A stretch of 64,000 nt of DNA from Actinomycetota bacterium (GCA_019347675.1 JAHWKW010000015.1:17655-81654), one strand, 5' to 3'; positions 1 to 9,526 are shown, numbered from the stretch's first letter. Notes: generated from the letters alone by a model not told the origin. Numbers and translations are program-made.

Positions 1-465
1 CGTCCAGATGACACCGCGGGGGGAGATCGCCGGGTCCTCGATCCGCCGCAGGAAATCGACCAGCTGGTAGTACCCGCCTGACGCCTGCATCGCGAAGGTG
101 ATCGCAGCCAGACCCGGTTCGGCGTCCTCCACCTGTTCCGGTCGCGTGGGGTTGACCGCGACGAGGGTGGTGCCAGACTCGTCTGCCGCCAGCACCAGTT
201 GCCGCAGCGCCGCCGGTACGGCCAGATCGCGGGGGACGACGGACTCCGCAGCGACGATGGCGGCCTCCACCTCCGGGGCGTTGCGGCGGATCTCCTCCAG
301 ACCGGCGATGCGCGCACGCAGTTGCTGAGCCTCGGCCTCGACCTGCTCCTGCTGCTCACGGGCGGCCTGGATCTCGTCGCTCTTCGGCCTCCACAGCAGG
401 AAGTAGAAGGCCACCAGGACGACGAGCGCGATCAGAGCGCCCACCAGCGCCGTGCCGCGGGTCAT
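1..465 (-). CDS. pilO: Type IV pilus assembly protein PilO-like. The start is at 465; the C-terminus runs off the window.
   Basis: Hand translation gives MTRGTALVGALIALVVLVAFYFLLWRPKSDEIQAAREQQEQVEAEAQQLRARI..., an N-terminal TM helix followed by a coiled coil. ATGA overlap with the pilN stop at 462-465. Lies directly after pilM-pilN. Confidence 0.6.
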   Translation of the reverse strand, partial: MTRGTALVGALIALVVLVAFYFLLWRPKSDEIQAAREQQEQVEAEAQQLRARIAGLEEIRRNAPEVEAAIVAAESVVPRDLAVPAALRQLVLAADESGTTLVAVNPTRPEQVEDAEPGLAAITFAMQASGGYYQLVDFLRRIEDPAISPRGVIWT

Positions 466-1097
466 CGCAGCTCCTCCGGTAGCCCCTCCACGTACCGCCC
501 GGTGAAGATCTCCGGCCCGAGATCGGATTCCACCGTGAAGACCGTGATGCCCTCCTCGTCGATCTCAGAGCCTGTGACGAACACGTTGAAGAACGCCGCG
601 ATCTTGTCGAACTCCAGCAGCAGCCGTTCCACGCCGGGCGCGTGACCGCGGAGGGTCTCGCCGGCTGCGGCCAGCGTGCCGAAGGATGGCCCGCCGAAGT
701 CGAACGGTCCCTGCTCCAACGCTTCCTGCGGGATCGTCACGGTCAGCGACGTCAACGCGGAGTCGGTGGGCATGACGGCGGCCACGTCCTGGAGGATCCC
801 GCCCAGCGAGGTCTCCGGCGCCATCACGGCGGTGAGGAGCTCGATCGTCTGGGTGCGTCGCTGGTCGAGCTCCGCGTAGGCGCTCAACTCTGTCACCTCG
901 GCCTGGAGCTCGTCGCGCTCCGCTTCGGCCGCTTCGAGCTCTCCTCTGGCGGCGTTGAGACGAGCGACCTGCAGTGCGTACAACAGCCCCAGGACGACCA
1001 GGAACGCGATCCCCGCGAGGACCAGCAGGAACCGCGCACGCCGAGCGCGTTCGCGGTCTTCGGCCTCGCGTGGGAGGAGGTTGACGCGCGAGCTCAC
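462..1097 (-). CDS. pilN: Type IV pilus assembly protein PilN (fimbrial assembly family)
   Basis: 211 aa. MSSRVNLLPRE... N-terminus, a single TM helix, then a coiled coil, which is typical of PilN. 4-nt overlap with the pilM stop. Confidence 0.75.
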   Translation of the reverse strand: MSSRVNLLPREAEDRERARRARFLLVLAGIAFLVVLGLLYALQVARLNAARGELEAAEAERDELQAEVTELSAYAELDQRRTQTIELLTAVMAPETSLGGILQDVAAVMPTDSALTSLTVTIPQEALEQGPFDFGGPSFGTLAAAGETLRGHAPGVERLLLEFDKIAAFFNVFVTGSEIDEEGITVFTVESDLGPEIFTGRYVEGLPEELR

Positions 1098-2137
1098 TCC
1101 AGACCCCCCAGCCCGAGCCCGATCGCTGTGGCCAGGAGCGGCTCGACCTCGCGCAACTGGTCGGGCCCGTAGGCGCTGCCACGGGCGGGAGCGGCCTCGA
1201 ACGGTCTGCCGCGATCCACCGGCACGCGCAGCGCGGTGGACAGCCGGTCGGCCAGTCCGGGGAGCTTCGAGCCCCCACCGGAGATCATCACCCGGGTCAC
1301 CTGGGCCGCTCCCGTCTGGGCCAGGAAGTAGTCGAGCGAGCCACGGACCTCGTCGACGAACTGGTTGACGCGGTCCTCGATCACCTGCACCGCTGTGGCG
1401 TCACCGCCGGTCAGGCCGGCCTGCATCTTGGTGGCCTCAGCGTCCTCGGTCGAGACCCCCAGGGAGGTGCCGAGCGCGTCGGTGATGTCGCCCCCGCCGA
1501 GCACCAGGATCCGCACGAAACGGGGGATGCCGCGCTCGTGGACGATGATGTTCGTGACACCGGCACCGATATCGACCACCATCTCCGCGCCGGTGGCGGT
1601 CTCGGGATCCGGGACCACGGCACGGAGCACCGCGAAGGCGTTGAGGTCCACACCGACCGGGCGGAGTCCGGCGCCCTCGACGACCGCGACGTGGTCGCCG
1701 ATCGACTCACGCTGAGCCGCGACGAGCAGGATGCGCATCATCCGCGCTCCGCCCTCGCCGGTGAACTCCTCGAGGCGCTGGAAATCCAGCTCGGCTTCCT
1801 CGACGGGGATCGGGATGTACTCCTGCACCTGGAAGCGCAGCGCCGATCGCAGCTCGCGCTCCTCCATGTAGGGCAGGTCGATCTGGCGGACCACGACCCG
1901 CTGGTTCGAGACGCCGAGGTGGACCCGTTTCTCGCGGAGCCCGGCGTCCGACCACAGCTGCCGGACGGCCGCGGTGACCGTGTCGCGCTCCACGATCTCT
2001 GCCTCGCGGACGGCCCCCCTGGGCAGCGTCACACCCCCGAAGTTGGTCGTCACCGGCTGGCCACGTTCACGCGACACCTGCGCCACGTGGACGGCGTGGG
2101 TGCCGATATCCAGGCCGATCGCTCCTCTCCTGGCCAC
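1094..2137 (-). CDS. pilM: Type IV pilus assembly protein PilM (actin-like ATPase fold)
   Basis: 347 aa. IGLDIGTHAVHVAQV phosphate-1 motif, ...VDIGAGVTNIIV..., ISGGGSKLPGL. Confidence 0.9.
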   Translation of the reverse strand: MARRGAIGLDIGTHAVHVAQVSRERGQPVTTNFGGVTLPRGAVREAEIVERDTVTAAVRQLWSDAGLREKRVHLGVSNQRVVVRQIDLPYMEERELRSALRFQVQEYIPIPVEEAELDFQRLEEFTGEGGARMMRILLVAAQRESIGDHVAVVEGAGLRPVGVDLNAFAVLRAVVPDPETATGAEMVVDIGAGVTNIIVHERGIPRFVRILVLGGGDITDALGTSLGVSTEDAEATKMQAGLTGGDATAVQVIEDRVNQFVDEVRGSLDYFLAQTGAAQVTRVMISGGGSKLPGLADRLSTALRVPVDRGRPFEAAPARGSAYGPDQLREVEPLLATAIGLGLGGLE

Positions 2138-2141
2138 CGTC

Positions 2142-2378
2142 CTACCCCTGCTCAGCCTGCACGGAGCCAGCCTTGAGGTAGGCCGCGAGGTCCTGTTGGC
2201 GGACCCGGTAGTTCTTGCCCACCCGCAGGGCCGACAGCTGGCCGCGGCGGATCAACCGGTACACGGTCATGTTCGACACCCTCAGCTCGGCCGCGACCTC
2301 GCTCACGGTGAGTAGACGCTCACGCTCGTCACCCCGGCTCCGCTGCCCCATCGGTTCCCTCGTCCCCCTACCGGCCAC
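2142..2378 (-). CDS. Small excisionase/MerR-like helix-turn-helix DNA-binding protein
   Basis: 78 aa. LLTVSEVAAELRVSNMTVYRLIRRGQLSALRVGKNYRV is the classic excisionase-family HTH. The start could instead be the internal Met10. Confidence 0.7.
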   Translation of the reverse strand: MAGRGTREPMGQRSRGDERERLLTVSEVAAELRVSNMTVYRLIRRGQLSALRVGKNYRVRQQDLAAYLKAGSVQAEQG

Positions 2379-2469
2379 GCCCGGACGGTCGACGGCGTCC
2401 CGTGCGCGGCCGACCTGGATAGCCGTCCGCAGCGTCGCCGCCTACGTGCTCTCCGCCGTTCGCGTGCCT

Positions 2470-2578
2470 CATCTCTAACGGCACTTGACACCTGTAACAC
2501 CATCAACAACAACAGTCAAGGGGAACTTTCGACACATGAGTGCTCAACTCTTGAATTACACCACGGTCATTTAGGGTG
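2470..2578 (-). promoter_or_regulatory. AT-rich putative promoter/operator region upstream of the HTH gene
   Basis: The locally lowest-GC stretch in the pil cluster. Minus strand reads TTGACT-17 nt-TACAGG. Inverted repeat CTTGAC(N25)GTCAAG at 2484-2520. Confidence 0.25.
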
Positions 2579-3430
2579 TCAGGCGAGGCCGAGCCAGGTC
2601 CGCAACACCGCGGCCAGAGGGTCGCCGGCGAGCATCGCGACGAGGGTGCCGATGGCGAGGTAGGGGCCGAACGGGATGCGGCTGGCCAGCCGCGCCCGGC
2701 CGGCGGCCATCAGGATCGCGGCCACGACGACGGCGGCGATGACGGTGGCGTACAGGCCGATCGCGACCTGCCACCCGCCGAGCCAGCCGAGGACCAAGCC
2801 CAGCGAGAAGGCCAGCTTGACGTCGCCCATCCCCATGCCCGCCTGGCCTCGCAACGTCCGGAAGATCTCGCTGAGGAGGAACATCCCCCCAGGGAGCGCG
2901 AGCCCGACGAGGACCGCACGGCGCAGATCGCTCCACTGTCCGCTGAGCGCCGCAGCTGCAACCAGAAGCGCCAGGATCACCGGTGTCAGACGGTACGTGA
3001 GCTTGTTGGGGATGATGCGGTGCTCGAGGTCGATGACCGTGGCAACGACCAGTGCCCACCCGATCACCAGGAACGCCGGTAGCGCCCACGTCAGGCCGTG
3101 GACGGCGGCGAGAAGCGCCCAGATGACGCCGACCAGGAGCTCGACCACCGGGTAGCGCCACGAGATCGGCTCACCACAGTTGCGACAGCGGCCGCGCAGG
3201 GCCAGCCACGAGACGACCGGGATGTTGTCGTAGGGCTTGATGTCCGTGCCGCATGCAGGGCACCGCGAGGTGGCCGGACGGAGGACGGATCCTTTCCGGG
3301 GCCATCGGTGGATCGCGACGTTCGCGAAGGACCCGAGGAGGAGACCGAACAGGCCGGATAGCGCGACAACCGGCCAGCCAGCGACGTTCATGAGGACGAG
3401 TGTAAGTGTGCCATCCGTCGGGAACGCCAA
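2579..3430 (-). CDS. pilD: Prepilin peptidase / N-methyltransferase (A24 family)
   Basis: 283 aa, polytopic. CPACG...CRNCG zinc motif and the conserved GMGMGDVKL aspartate box. Confidence 0.9.
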   Translation of the reverse strand: MAFPTDGTLTLVLMNVAGWPVVALSGLFGLLLGSFANVAIHRWPRKGSVLRPATSRCPACGTDIKPYDNIPVVSWLALRGRCRNCGEPISWRYPVVELLVGVIWALLAAVHGLTWALPAFLVIGWALVVATVIDLEHRIIPNKLTYRLTPVILALLVAAAALSGQWSDLRRAVLVGLALPGGMFLLSEIFRTLRGQAGMGMGDVKLAFSLGLVLGWLGGWQVAIGLYATVIAAVVVAAILMAAGRARLASRIPFGPYLAIGTLVAMLAGDPLAAVLRTWLGLA

Positions 3431-3459
3431 GCGGGGCGGCCCTTCAAGGGCCGCCCCGC
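3431..3459 (-). terminator. Strong GC hairpin downstream of pilA (terminator/attenuator candidate)
   Basis: GCGGGGCGGCCC-TTCAA-GGGCCGCCCCGC, a perfect 12-bp stem. It lies about 40 nt after the pilA stop and just before pilD. No clear U-tract. Confidence 0.5.
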
Positions 3460-3500
3460 GAGGAGTTGCTTGCGTAGAGCGAGGAGTTGCTTGGTAGAGC
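3460..3500. repeat. Tandem duplication of a 21-bp unit immediately 3' of pilA
   Basis: GAGGAGTTGCTTGCGTAGAGC followed by GAGGAGTTGCTTG-GTAGAGC (one base deleted). Confidence 0.7.
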
Positions 3501-3892
3501 TACGCGCAAGCGTTTGCGGCCGGCTTGCCGACCGTGCTGTTGAGGTGGAAGTCGACGCTACCTGCGGCGCCGAGCTTGGCGTGGTCGGCGTTGAGGCAGT
3601 AGACCGTCGTGCTCGCGGCCGGGGTCGCGGCAATGGTCACGGTGACGCCGTCGGAGGTCTTGAACGTACCGGCGTAGTTGGCGTACGAGCCGGTGTCGTT
3701 GAAGTGTTCCTCCATGACCACCGCAGAGTTGCGGAGGTCGGACTTCGCGGCGCTCTGCCACGCCTTCTCACGCTGGTTGAGGAACGTGGGGATCGCGATG
3801 GCCGCCAGGATGCCGATGATGATGACGACGACCAGCAGCTCGATCAGGGTGAAGCCCTCTTCCTCGCGGGCCTCGTGGATCTTGCGGATCAT
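3500..3892 (-). CDS. pilA: Type IVa major pilin
   Basis: 130 aa from Met at 3892. MIRKIHEAREEEG|FTLIELLVVVIIIGILAAIAIP is the class III signal and cleavage motif. C-terminal Cys pair (YCLN...ANACA). GAAAGG RBS. Confidence 0.9.
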   Translation of the reverse strand: MIRKIHEAREEEGFTLIELLVVVIIIGILAAIAIPTFLNQREKAWQSAAKSDLRNSAVVMEEHFNDTGSYANYAGTFKTSDGVTVTIAATPAASTTVYCLNADHAKLGAAGSVDFHLNSTVGKPAANACA

Positions 3893-4243
3893 GCGACTAC
3901 CTTTCGGTTGTTGTTGTTCGCTCCTGTGACGAACCGCCGGAACGAACTTCCCGTGCCCCCACAAGATCCGCTCCCGCGGTCCTGTGCGAGGCAGCCCGGC
4001 TGACCTTCCCGGCTTCCGCCGTGTGGGCCCCGTGGCTTTGCGTCCCCACCTCCCGGCGGGTTTGCCTTGAGACTCGCACTGCGGCTCGTCACGTACATGT
4101 TCGGCCGTGACGGCGGGCAGCTTTAGCGGTGGATCACCACAAGTTCGCGATCTGGGCTGTCGTTCCAGACCAGCGACCGGCCGTGCCACGGGCAGGGAGC
4201 CGGACGTCTGGCCACACCAGCGGCACGAGGGCCGGACGCAGGA

Positions 4244-4270
4244 GTGGCGGCCCCTGACAGGGGCCGCCAC
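4244..4270 (-). terminator. GC hairpin just downstream of pilC
   Basis: GTGGCGGCCCCTG-A-CAGGGGCCGCCAC, a near-perfect palindrome about 28 nt after the pilC stop. Confidence 0.45.
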
Positions 4271-4297
4271 CCACAGTGCGCGACGAGAGCGGTGCCG

Positions 4298-5533
4298 CTA
4301 CTCGACGAGGTCGATCACCTTGAAGATCGGCATGTACAGCGCGATCACCATGCTCCCAACGATCCCGCCGAGCACCGCGATCATGATCGGCTCCATCAGC
4401 GCCGTCAGCGACTCGGTCGTCGACTCGATCTCCTGGTCGTAGAAGTCCGAGACCTTCTCGAGCATCGTGTCGACCGCGCCGGTCTCCTCGCCCACCGCGA
4501 TCATCTGCACGACCATCGGCGGGAACGTGTCGTGGTTGGCGAGCGGAGCGGCGATGGACTCACCCTCCCGGACCGACTCCTGCACGTCCTTGACGGCGTT
4601 GCCGATGACACCGTTGTTCACGGTCTCGGCGGTGATCTCCAGCGCCTGGAGGATCGGGACGCCCGCACGCAGCAGCACCGAGAGGTTGCGGGCGAACCGC
4701 GACAGCGCGATCTTGTGGAACAGCGGGCCGAACACGGGCACCTTGAGCTTGAGGCGGTCCAGCTGGTACCGACCCTGTTCGGTCGCGCGGATCCGCTTGA
4801 ACGCGAACCAGAAACCGGCCGGAGCCACGATGAAGGTCACCAGCCCCGCCAAGCTGGACACGAAGTTCGACGCCATCATCAGGATCTTCGTCGGTGTCGG
4901 GAGCTCACCGCCGAGGTCCTCGAACATGCCGGCGAACACGGGCACGATGAACGCGAGCATCACACCGGTGAGCAGGATGGCCATGATCAAGACGATCACC
5001 GGGTAGGTCATCGCCGACTTGACCTTGCTGCGCAGCGCGACCTCCTTCTCCAGAGCCTCGGCGATGCGCAGCAGGACCTGGTCGAGCATCCCGGCGGTCT
5101 CGCCCGCCCGGACCATCGCGATGTACAGGCGCGGGAAGACCTTGTCGTGCTCGGCGAGCGCGCCCGACAGCGACTTGCCGGCCTCGACCTCCTGCCGGAT
5201 CTCACGGACGATCTCCGCGAGCCTCTTGCTCTCGGTCTGCTCGGCCAGGATCGACAGCGCACGGATCAGCGACAGACCGGAGTTGATCATGGTGGCGAAC
5301 TGGCGGCTGAAGATCGCGAGGTCCTTCAGCTTGACCTTGTTCCCGATCCCGGGGATCTTGATCTCGGTCTGCATGCCCGAGGTCTTGACCTGCTCGACGT
5401 TGACGGGCGTGTAGCCCATCTGACGCAGGCGCGCGACGACCGCCCCGGAGCTGTCGGCCTCGAGTTGGCCGCTGATCAGCTTCCCGGCCCGGTCGCGGAC
5501 CTGGTAGGTGTACTGTGCGGTGGCGGTCGCCAT
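4298..5533 (-). CDS. pilC: Type IV pilus platform protein PilC (GspF family)
   Basis: Start chosen at MATATAQYTYQV, preceded by AAGGAG. Duplicated T2SS-F domains: ...FSRQFATMINSGLSL... and ...FARNLSVLLRAGVPI... Confidence 0.9.
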   Translation of the reverse strand: MATATAQYTYQVRDRAGKLISGQLEADSSGAVVARLRQMGYTPVNVEQVKTSGMQTEIKIPGIGNKVKLKDLAIFSRQFATMINSGLSLIRALSILAEQTESKRLAEIVREIRQEVEAGKSLSGALAEHDKVFPRLYIAMVRAGETAGMLDQVLLRIAEALEKEVALRSKVKSAMTYPVIVLIMAILLTGVMLAFIVPVFAGMFEDLGGELPTPTKILMMASNFVSSLAGLVTFIVAPAGFWFAFKRIRATEQGRYQLDRLKLKVPVFGPLFHKIALSRFARNLSVLLRAGVPILQALEITAETVNNGVIGNAVKDVQESVREGESIAAPLANHDTFPPMVVQMIAVGEETGAVDTMLEKVSDFYDQEIESTTESLTALMEPIMIAVLGGIVGSMVIALYMPIFKVIDLVE

Positions 5534-5553
5534 GGTGGTTGACTCCTTGCCTG

Positions 5554-7155
5554 TCAGCCGCGGCCGGCCAGGCGGTTGAACTCCTGCACTTGGCTGCACT
5601 TGGAGAGCGCTTCTTCGTAGGTGACCTTGCCATTCTTCACGAGCGTGGCCAGCGACTGGTCCATCGCGACCATGCCGTGCTGGATGCCGGCCTGGATCGA
5701 GGAGTAGATCTGGTGGGTCTTGCCCTCGCGGATCAGGTTGCGCACCGCCGGGGTCGCCATCATGACCTCGCAGGCGACCGCGCGGCCTTGCCCGTCCGAG
5801 GTCTTGAGCAGCTGCTGTGAGACCACCCCCTGCAACGCCCCGGCCAGCTGCACCCGGATCTGTTCCTGCTGGTGCGGCGGGAACACGTCGATCACGCGGT
5901 CCACGGTCTGGGGTGCGTCCTGGGTGTGCAGGGTCGCGAACACCAGGTGGCCGGTCTCCGCTGCGGTGAGCGCGATCTGGATCGTCTCCAGGTCGCGCAT
6001 CTCCCCGACCAGGATCACGTCGGGGTCCTGGCGCAGCACGTGCTTGAGGGCGTGGTTGAACCCGTGGGTGTCGGTCCCGACCTCACGCTGGTTGATCACC
6101 GACTTCTTGTGCCTGTGGAGGAACTCGATCGGGTCCTCCACGGTCATGATGTGCACCGCTCGGTTGATGTTGATCAGATCGATCATCGACGCGAGCGTGG
6201 TGGACTTGCCCGACCCGGTCGGGCCGGTGACCAGCACGAAGCCGCGGGGCAGGTAGGCGAAGTTCGCGACCTGCGTCGGCACCCCGAGGTTCTCGAGCGG
6301 CTTGATCTCGAAGGGGATCACCCGCATCACCGAGCCGAGGGCGTCGCGCTGCTGGAAGATGTTCACGCGGAAGCGCGCCTTGCCCGGGACCGAGTACGAC
6401 AGGTCGAGCTCGAGGTTGTTCTCGAACGTCTCACGCTGCTTGTGCGTGAGGATCGCGTAGAGCAGCTTGCGCAGCTCGGTGGGCTCGAGCCTCGGGTAGC
6501 CCTCCAGCGGGGAAAGCTCGCCGTGCAACCGGATGGTCGGCGGGATGCCGGCGGTCAGGTGCAGGTCCGAGCCACCCGAGTCGACGAGCACCGTGAGGAG
6601 CTCGTCGAGGTCCAAGGCCGTCGTCTCCTCGGACTCGACCAGGCGCACCACCGGTGGCGCCCCGACGTTGGAGACGGTGCCTCCTCGGTCGTCGCCGACC
6701 GCGACCGCCGCGTCCTGCGCGCCGGCCTGGCCGACCGGCAGGTGCGCGATCGCGGCGAGGATCGCCCGGCGGGTCGACAGCGCCAGCTGCACGCGCATGC
6801 CGGTCTCCGCCTGGATGCGTTCGCGGGCGGCGCCGTTGTTTGGGTCGGCGACGGCGACGACCAACTCGTCACCGTCGCCGAAAGACACGGGAACAGCGAG
6901 GACCTCCTCCGCGACGGCGCGCGAGACCATCTCGGCTGCCAGCGGGTCGAGGCCGTCGCGGTCGAGGTCCACGAACCCCAAGCCAAGCTGCTGGGCGAGG
7001 GCGCGGACCAGGTGAATCTCGGAGACGAAACCGAGCTGCACCAGCGACTTGCCGAGGCTGGTGCCACGGTCACGGCGGTGCTGCTCCGCGCGATCGAGCT
7101 GAGCGGCGTCGATGACGCCCTGATCCAGCAGGATCTCTCCGAGCGCCTTGGCCAT
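5554..7155 (-). CDS. pilT: PilT-type retraction ATPase carrying a PilB-like T2SSE_N/MshEN-type N-terminal domain
   Basis: 533 aa from MAKALGEILL (AGGAG RBS). The core has [25 protein letters not shown] and the PilT signature AVRNLIREGKTHQIYS. No tetracysteine motif. About 190 aa of N-terminal extension. Confidence 0.85.
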   Translation of the reverse strand: MAKALGEILLDQGVIDAAQLDRAEQHRRDRGTSLGKSLVQLGFVSEIHLVRALAQQLGLGFVDLDRDGLDPLAAEMVSRAVAEEVLAVPVSFGDGDELVVAVADPNNGAARERIQAETGMRVQLALSTRRAILAAIAHLPVGQAGAQDAAVAVGDDRGGTVSNVGAPPVVRLVESEETTALDLDELLTVLVDSGGSDLHLTAGIPPTIRLHGELSPLEGYPRLEPTELRKLLYAILTHKQRETFENNLELDLSYSVPGKARFRVNIFQQRDALGSVMRVIPFEIKPLENLGVPTQVANFAYLPRGFVLVTGPTGSGKSTTLASMIDLININRAVHIMTVEDPIEFLHRHKKSVINQREVGTDTHGFNHALKHVLRQDPDVILVGEMRDLETIQIALTAAETGHLVFATLHTQDAPQTVDRVIDVFPPHQQEQIRVQLAGALQGVVSQQLLKTSDGQGRAVACEVMMATPAVRNLIREGKTHQIYSSIQAGIQHGMVAMDQSLATLVKNGKVTYEEALSKCSQVQEFNRLAGRG

Positions 7156-7250
7156 CACGACTCCTGTCCATCGCCCCGCGAGCGCGGGCCTCGTAGTGGA
7201 CCGTTCCAGGGGGGTTCTCGGACGTTGCGGAGGGCTTCTGAAGGGCGCCG

Positions 7251-8924
7251 TCAGACGACGACCCGACCGATCTCCTCGATGGTGGTGTCGCCCTGCATGA
7301 TCTTCGCCAGGCCATCCTGGCGGAGCCTGGCCATGCCCTGGCTCACCGCGACCCGCATGATCTCGTCCGACGAGGCGCGCTCGACGCAGAGCCGCTCGAT
7401 CTCCTCGGTCACCGCCATGACCTCGTGCACGGCCAGACGACCGCGGTACCCGGTCTTGCCGCAGCGGCTGCACCCCGCGGCGCGGAAGACCTCGGGCCTG
7501 GCTTCGACCACGTCCTCGGGGAAGCCGGCCTCCTTCAGCGTCGCCGGCGTGGGGGTGTAGGGCTCCTTGCAGCCGTTGCACAGGCGCCGCGCCAGCCGCT
7601 GCGCGAGCACGCAGTCGACCGCGGAGCCCACCAGGAACGGCTCGATCCCCATCTCGGTGAGCCGCACGATCGCCGACGGGGCGTCGTTGGTGTGCAGCGT
7701 GGTGAGGACGAGGTGGCCGGTCAGGGACGCCTCGACGGCGATCTGGGCGGTCTCGCGGTCACGGGTCTCGCCGACCAGGACGATGTCGGGGTCCTGACGC
7801 AGGATCGACCGCAGCGCCGACGCGAACGTCAGTCCGGCTTTGACGTTGACCTGGACCTGGTTGATCCCGCCGAGCCGGTACTCGACCGGGTCCTCGGTGG
7901 TGATGATGTTCACCTCGGGCCGGTTGAGGATGTTCAGCGTCGCGTAGAGGGTGGTGGATTTCCCGGACCCGGTCGGGCCGGTCACCAGCATCATCCCGTA
8001 GGGCTTGCGGAACGACGTCTCGTAGCGCTCGTAGTTCTCCGGGAGGAAGCCGAGGTCCTTCAGCTCCAGCAGGACAGAGGACTTGTCCAGGATCCGCATC
8101 ACGACCTTCTCGCCGTACACGGTCGGCAGGGTCGAGACACGCAGGTCGATGGCCTTGCCGCCGATCACCAGACCGATGCGCCCGTCCTGGGGGATGCGCC
8201 GTTCGGCGATGTCCATCTCGGCCATGATCTTCAGACGGGAGATCACCCCCGACTGGATGCTGCGCGGGCTGCGCATGACCTCGTGGAGGACGCCGTCGAT
8301 GCGGTAGCGGACCCGGATCTCCTTCTCGCCCGGCTCGATGTGGATGTCGGACGCCCGGTCCTGCACCGCCTGGGTGATCAGCAGGTTGACGAACTTGACG
8401 ATCGGGGCGTCTTCGACGACGGCAGTGACCTGGGAGAGGTCCTGCTGCTCTTCCTCGGGGGCAGCATTCAGGTCGGCGGCGAGGACGTCGCCGATGTCGT
8501 CGCTCATCCGGTGGTAGCGGCTGATGGCCTGGGCGATGTCCTGGCGGGTCGCCACGATCGGGCGGATGTCGTAGCCGGTGGCCGTGCGGATGTCGTCGAT
8601 GGCGAAGACGTTGGAGGGATCGCTCATCGCCACGACGAGCTTGCCGTCCTCGAAGCCGATGGGCAGGGCGTTGTACCGCTTGGCCACCGCGTCGCTGATC
8701 AGCGACACCGCGCTTGGATCGACGTCGATCGCGGCGAGGTCGACGAACTCCATCCCGATCTGCTTGGACAGCGCGCTGACCAGGTCCTGTTCGGTGACCA
8801 GCTTGCGGTCGATCAGGATCCGGCCCAGCGACTTCCCGAGTCGCCGCTGGTCTTCCTCGGCGTCGCGCAGCTGCTCGGGAGAGATCAGCCCCTCGCCCAG
8901 CAGGACCTGTCCGAGCTGCCTCAT
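7251..8924 (-). CDS. pilB: Type IV pilus extension ATPase PilB (GspE family)
   Basis: 557 aa. N-terminal T2SSE_N domain, Walker [11 protein letters not shown], and the tetracysteine motif CNGCK...[12 protein letters not shown]. Confidence 0.92.
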   Translation of the reverse strand: MRQLGQVLLGEGLISPEQLRDAEEDQRRLGKSLGRILIDRKLVTEQDLVSALSKQIGMEFVDLAAIDVDPSAVSLISDAVAKRYNALPIGFEDGKLVVAMSDPSNVFAIDDIRTATGYDIRPIVATRQDIAQAISRYHRMSDDIGDVLAADLNAAPEEEQQDLSQVTAVVEDAPIVKFVNLLITQAVQDRASDIHIEPGEKEIRVRYRIDGVLHEVMRSPRSIQSGVISRLKIMAEMDIAERRIPQDGRIGLVIGGKAIDLRVSTLPTVYGEKVVMRILDKSSVLLELKDLGFLPENYERYETSFRKPYGMMLVTGPTGSGKSTTLYATLNILNRPEVNIITTEDPVEYRLGGINQVQVNVKAGLTFASALRSILRQDPDIVLVGETRDRETAQIAVEASLTGHLVLTTLHTNDAPSAIVRLTEMGIEPFLVGSAVDCVLAQRLARRLCNGCKEPYTPTPATLKEAGFPEDVVEARPEVFRAAGCSRCGKTGYRGRLAVHEVMAVTEEIERLCVERASSDEIMRVAVSQGMARLRQDGLAKIMQGDTTIEEIGRVVV

Positions 8925-9526
8925 CGCTGTCCCGCCTCACCGACGAGCGTCGGTCCCGAGGACCGCACGACCTCGCGGACGGTCTCGAGCAGGGCCACCA
9001 CGACCTCCTTCACGCTGTCGCGCTCGCGGACGTCGGACGCCACCACCCGCACGTCCGACGGCAGCCGCAGCCGTTCGCGCACACGGGCGGCGTACGCGTC
9101 GGCGTCGTCACCCGCGGGCACCTTGTTGACCGCGACCACGTAGGGAACATCGGCCACGTCGAGGAAGAACTTCAGGATGCGGGCGCCTTCGTCCAGGGAT
9201 GCGTCCCGCTGGGCGTCGACCACGAGGACGAAACCGAGCATCCCCTCGGCGAGGATCTCCCACATGAAGTCGAAGCGCTCCTGTCCGGGCGTGCCGAACA
9301 GGTACAGCGCCAGGTCGCCGCCCACGGTGATCCGCCCGAAGTCCATGGCGACGGTCGTCTCGGACTTCAGCGCCCGGGTGTGGTCGCTGATTTCGCGCTC
9401 GGTGGACAGCACCGTGATCTCGGAGATCGTCCGGATCAGGGTGGTCTTCCCCGCGGCGAACGGGCCGGCGACGACGATCTTCAGCGTCCGGCCCTTGCCT
9501 CCTCGTGCGCGGTCGCGGCGGATCAT
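8921..9526 (-). CDS. Small Ras-like GTPase (MglA/CvnD-like ATP/GTP-binding protein)
   Basis: 201 aa. P-loop [11 protein letters not shown], switch [16 protein letters not shown] in place of NKxD. Its stop overlaps the pilB ATG (ATGA). Confidence 0.75.
   Translation of the reverse strand: MIRRDRARGGKGRTLKIVVAGPFAAGKTTLIRTISEITVLSTEREISDHTRALKSETTVAMDFGRITVGGDLALYLFGTPGQERFDFMWEILAEGMLGFVLVVDAQRDASLDEGARILKFFLDVADVPYVVAVNKVPAGDDADAYAARVRERLRLPSDVRVVASDVRERDSVKEVVVALLETVREVVRSSGPTLVGEAGQR

Noticed and set aside
4141-4200. Possible sigma-54 promoter (TGGCAC) upstream of pilA.
   Set aside because: The minus strand has TGGCACGGCCGGTCGC, so the -12 GC element is out of register by 1 nt and lacks TTGC. 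Sigma-54 is generally absent from Actinomycetota.
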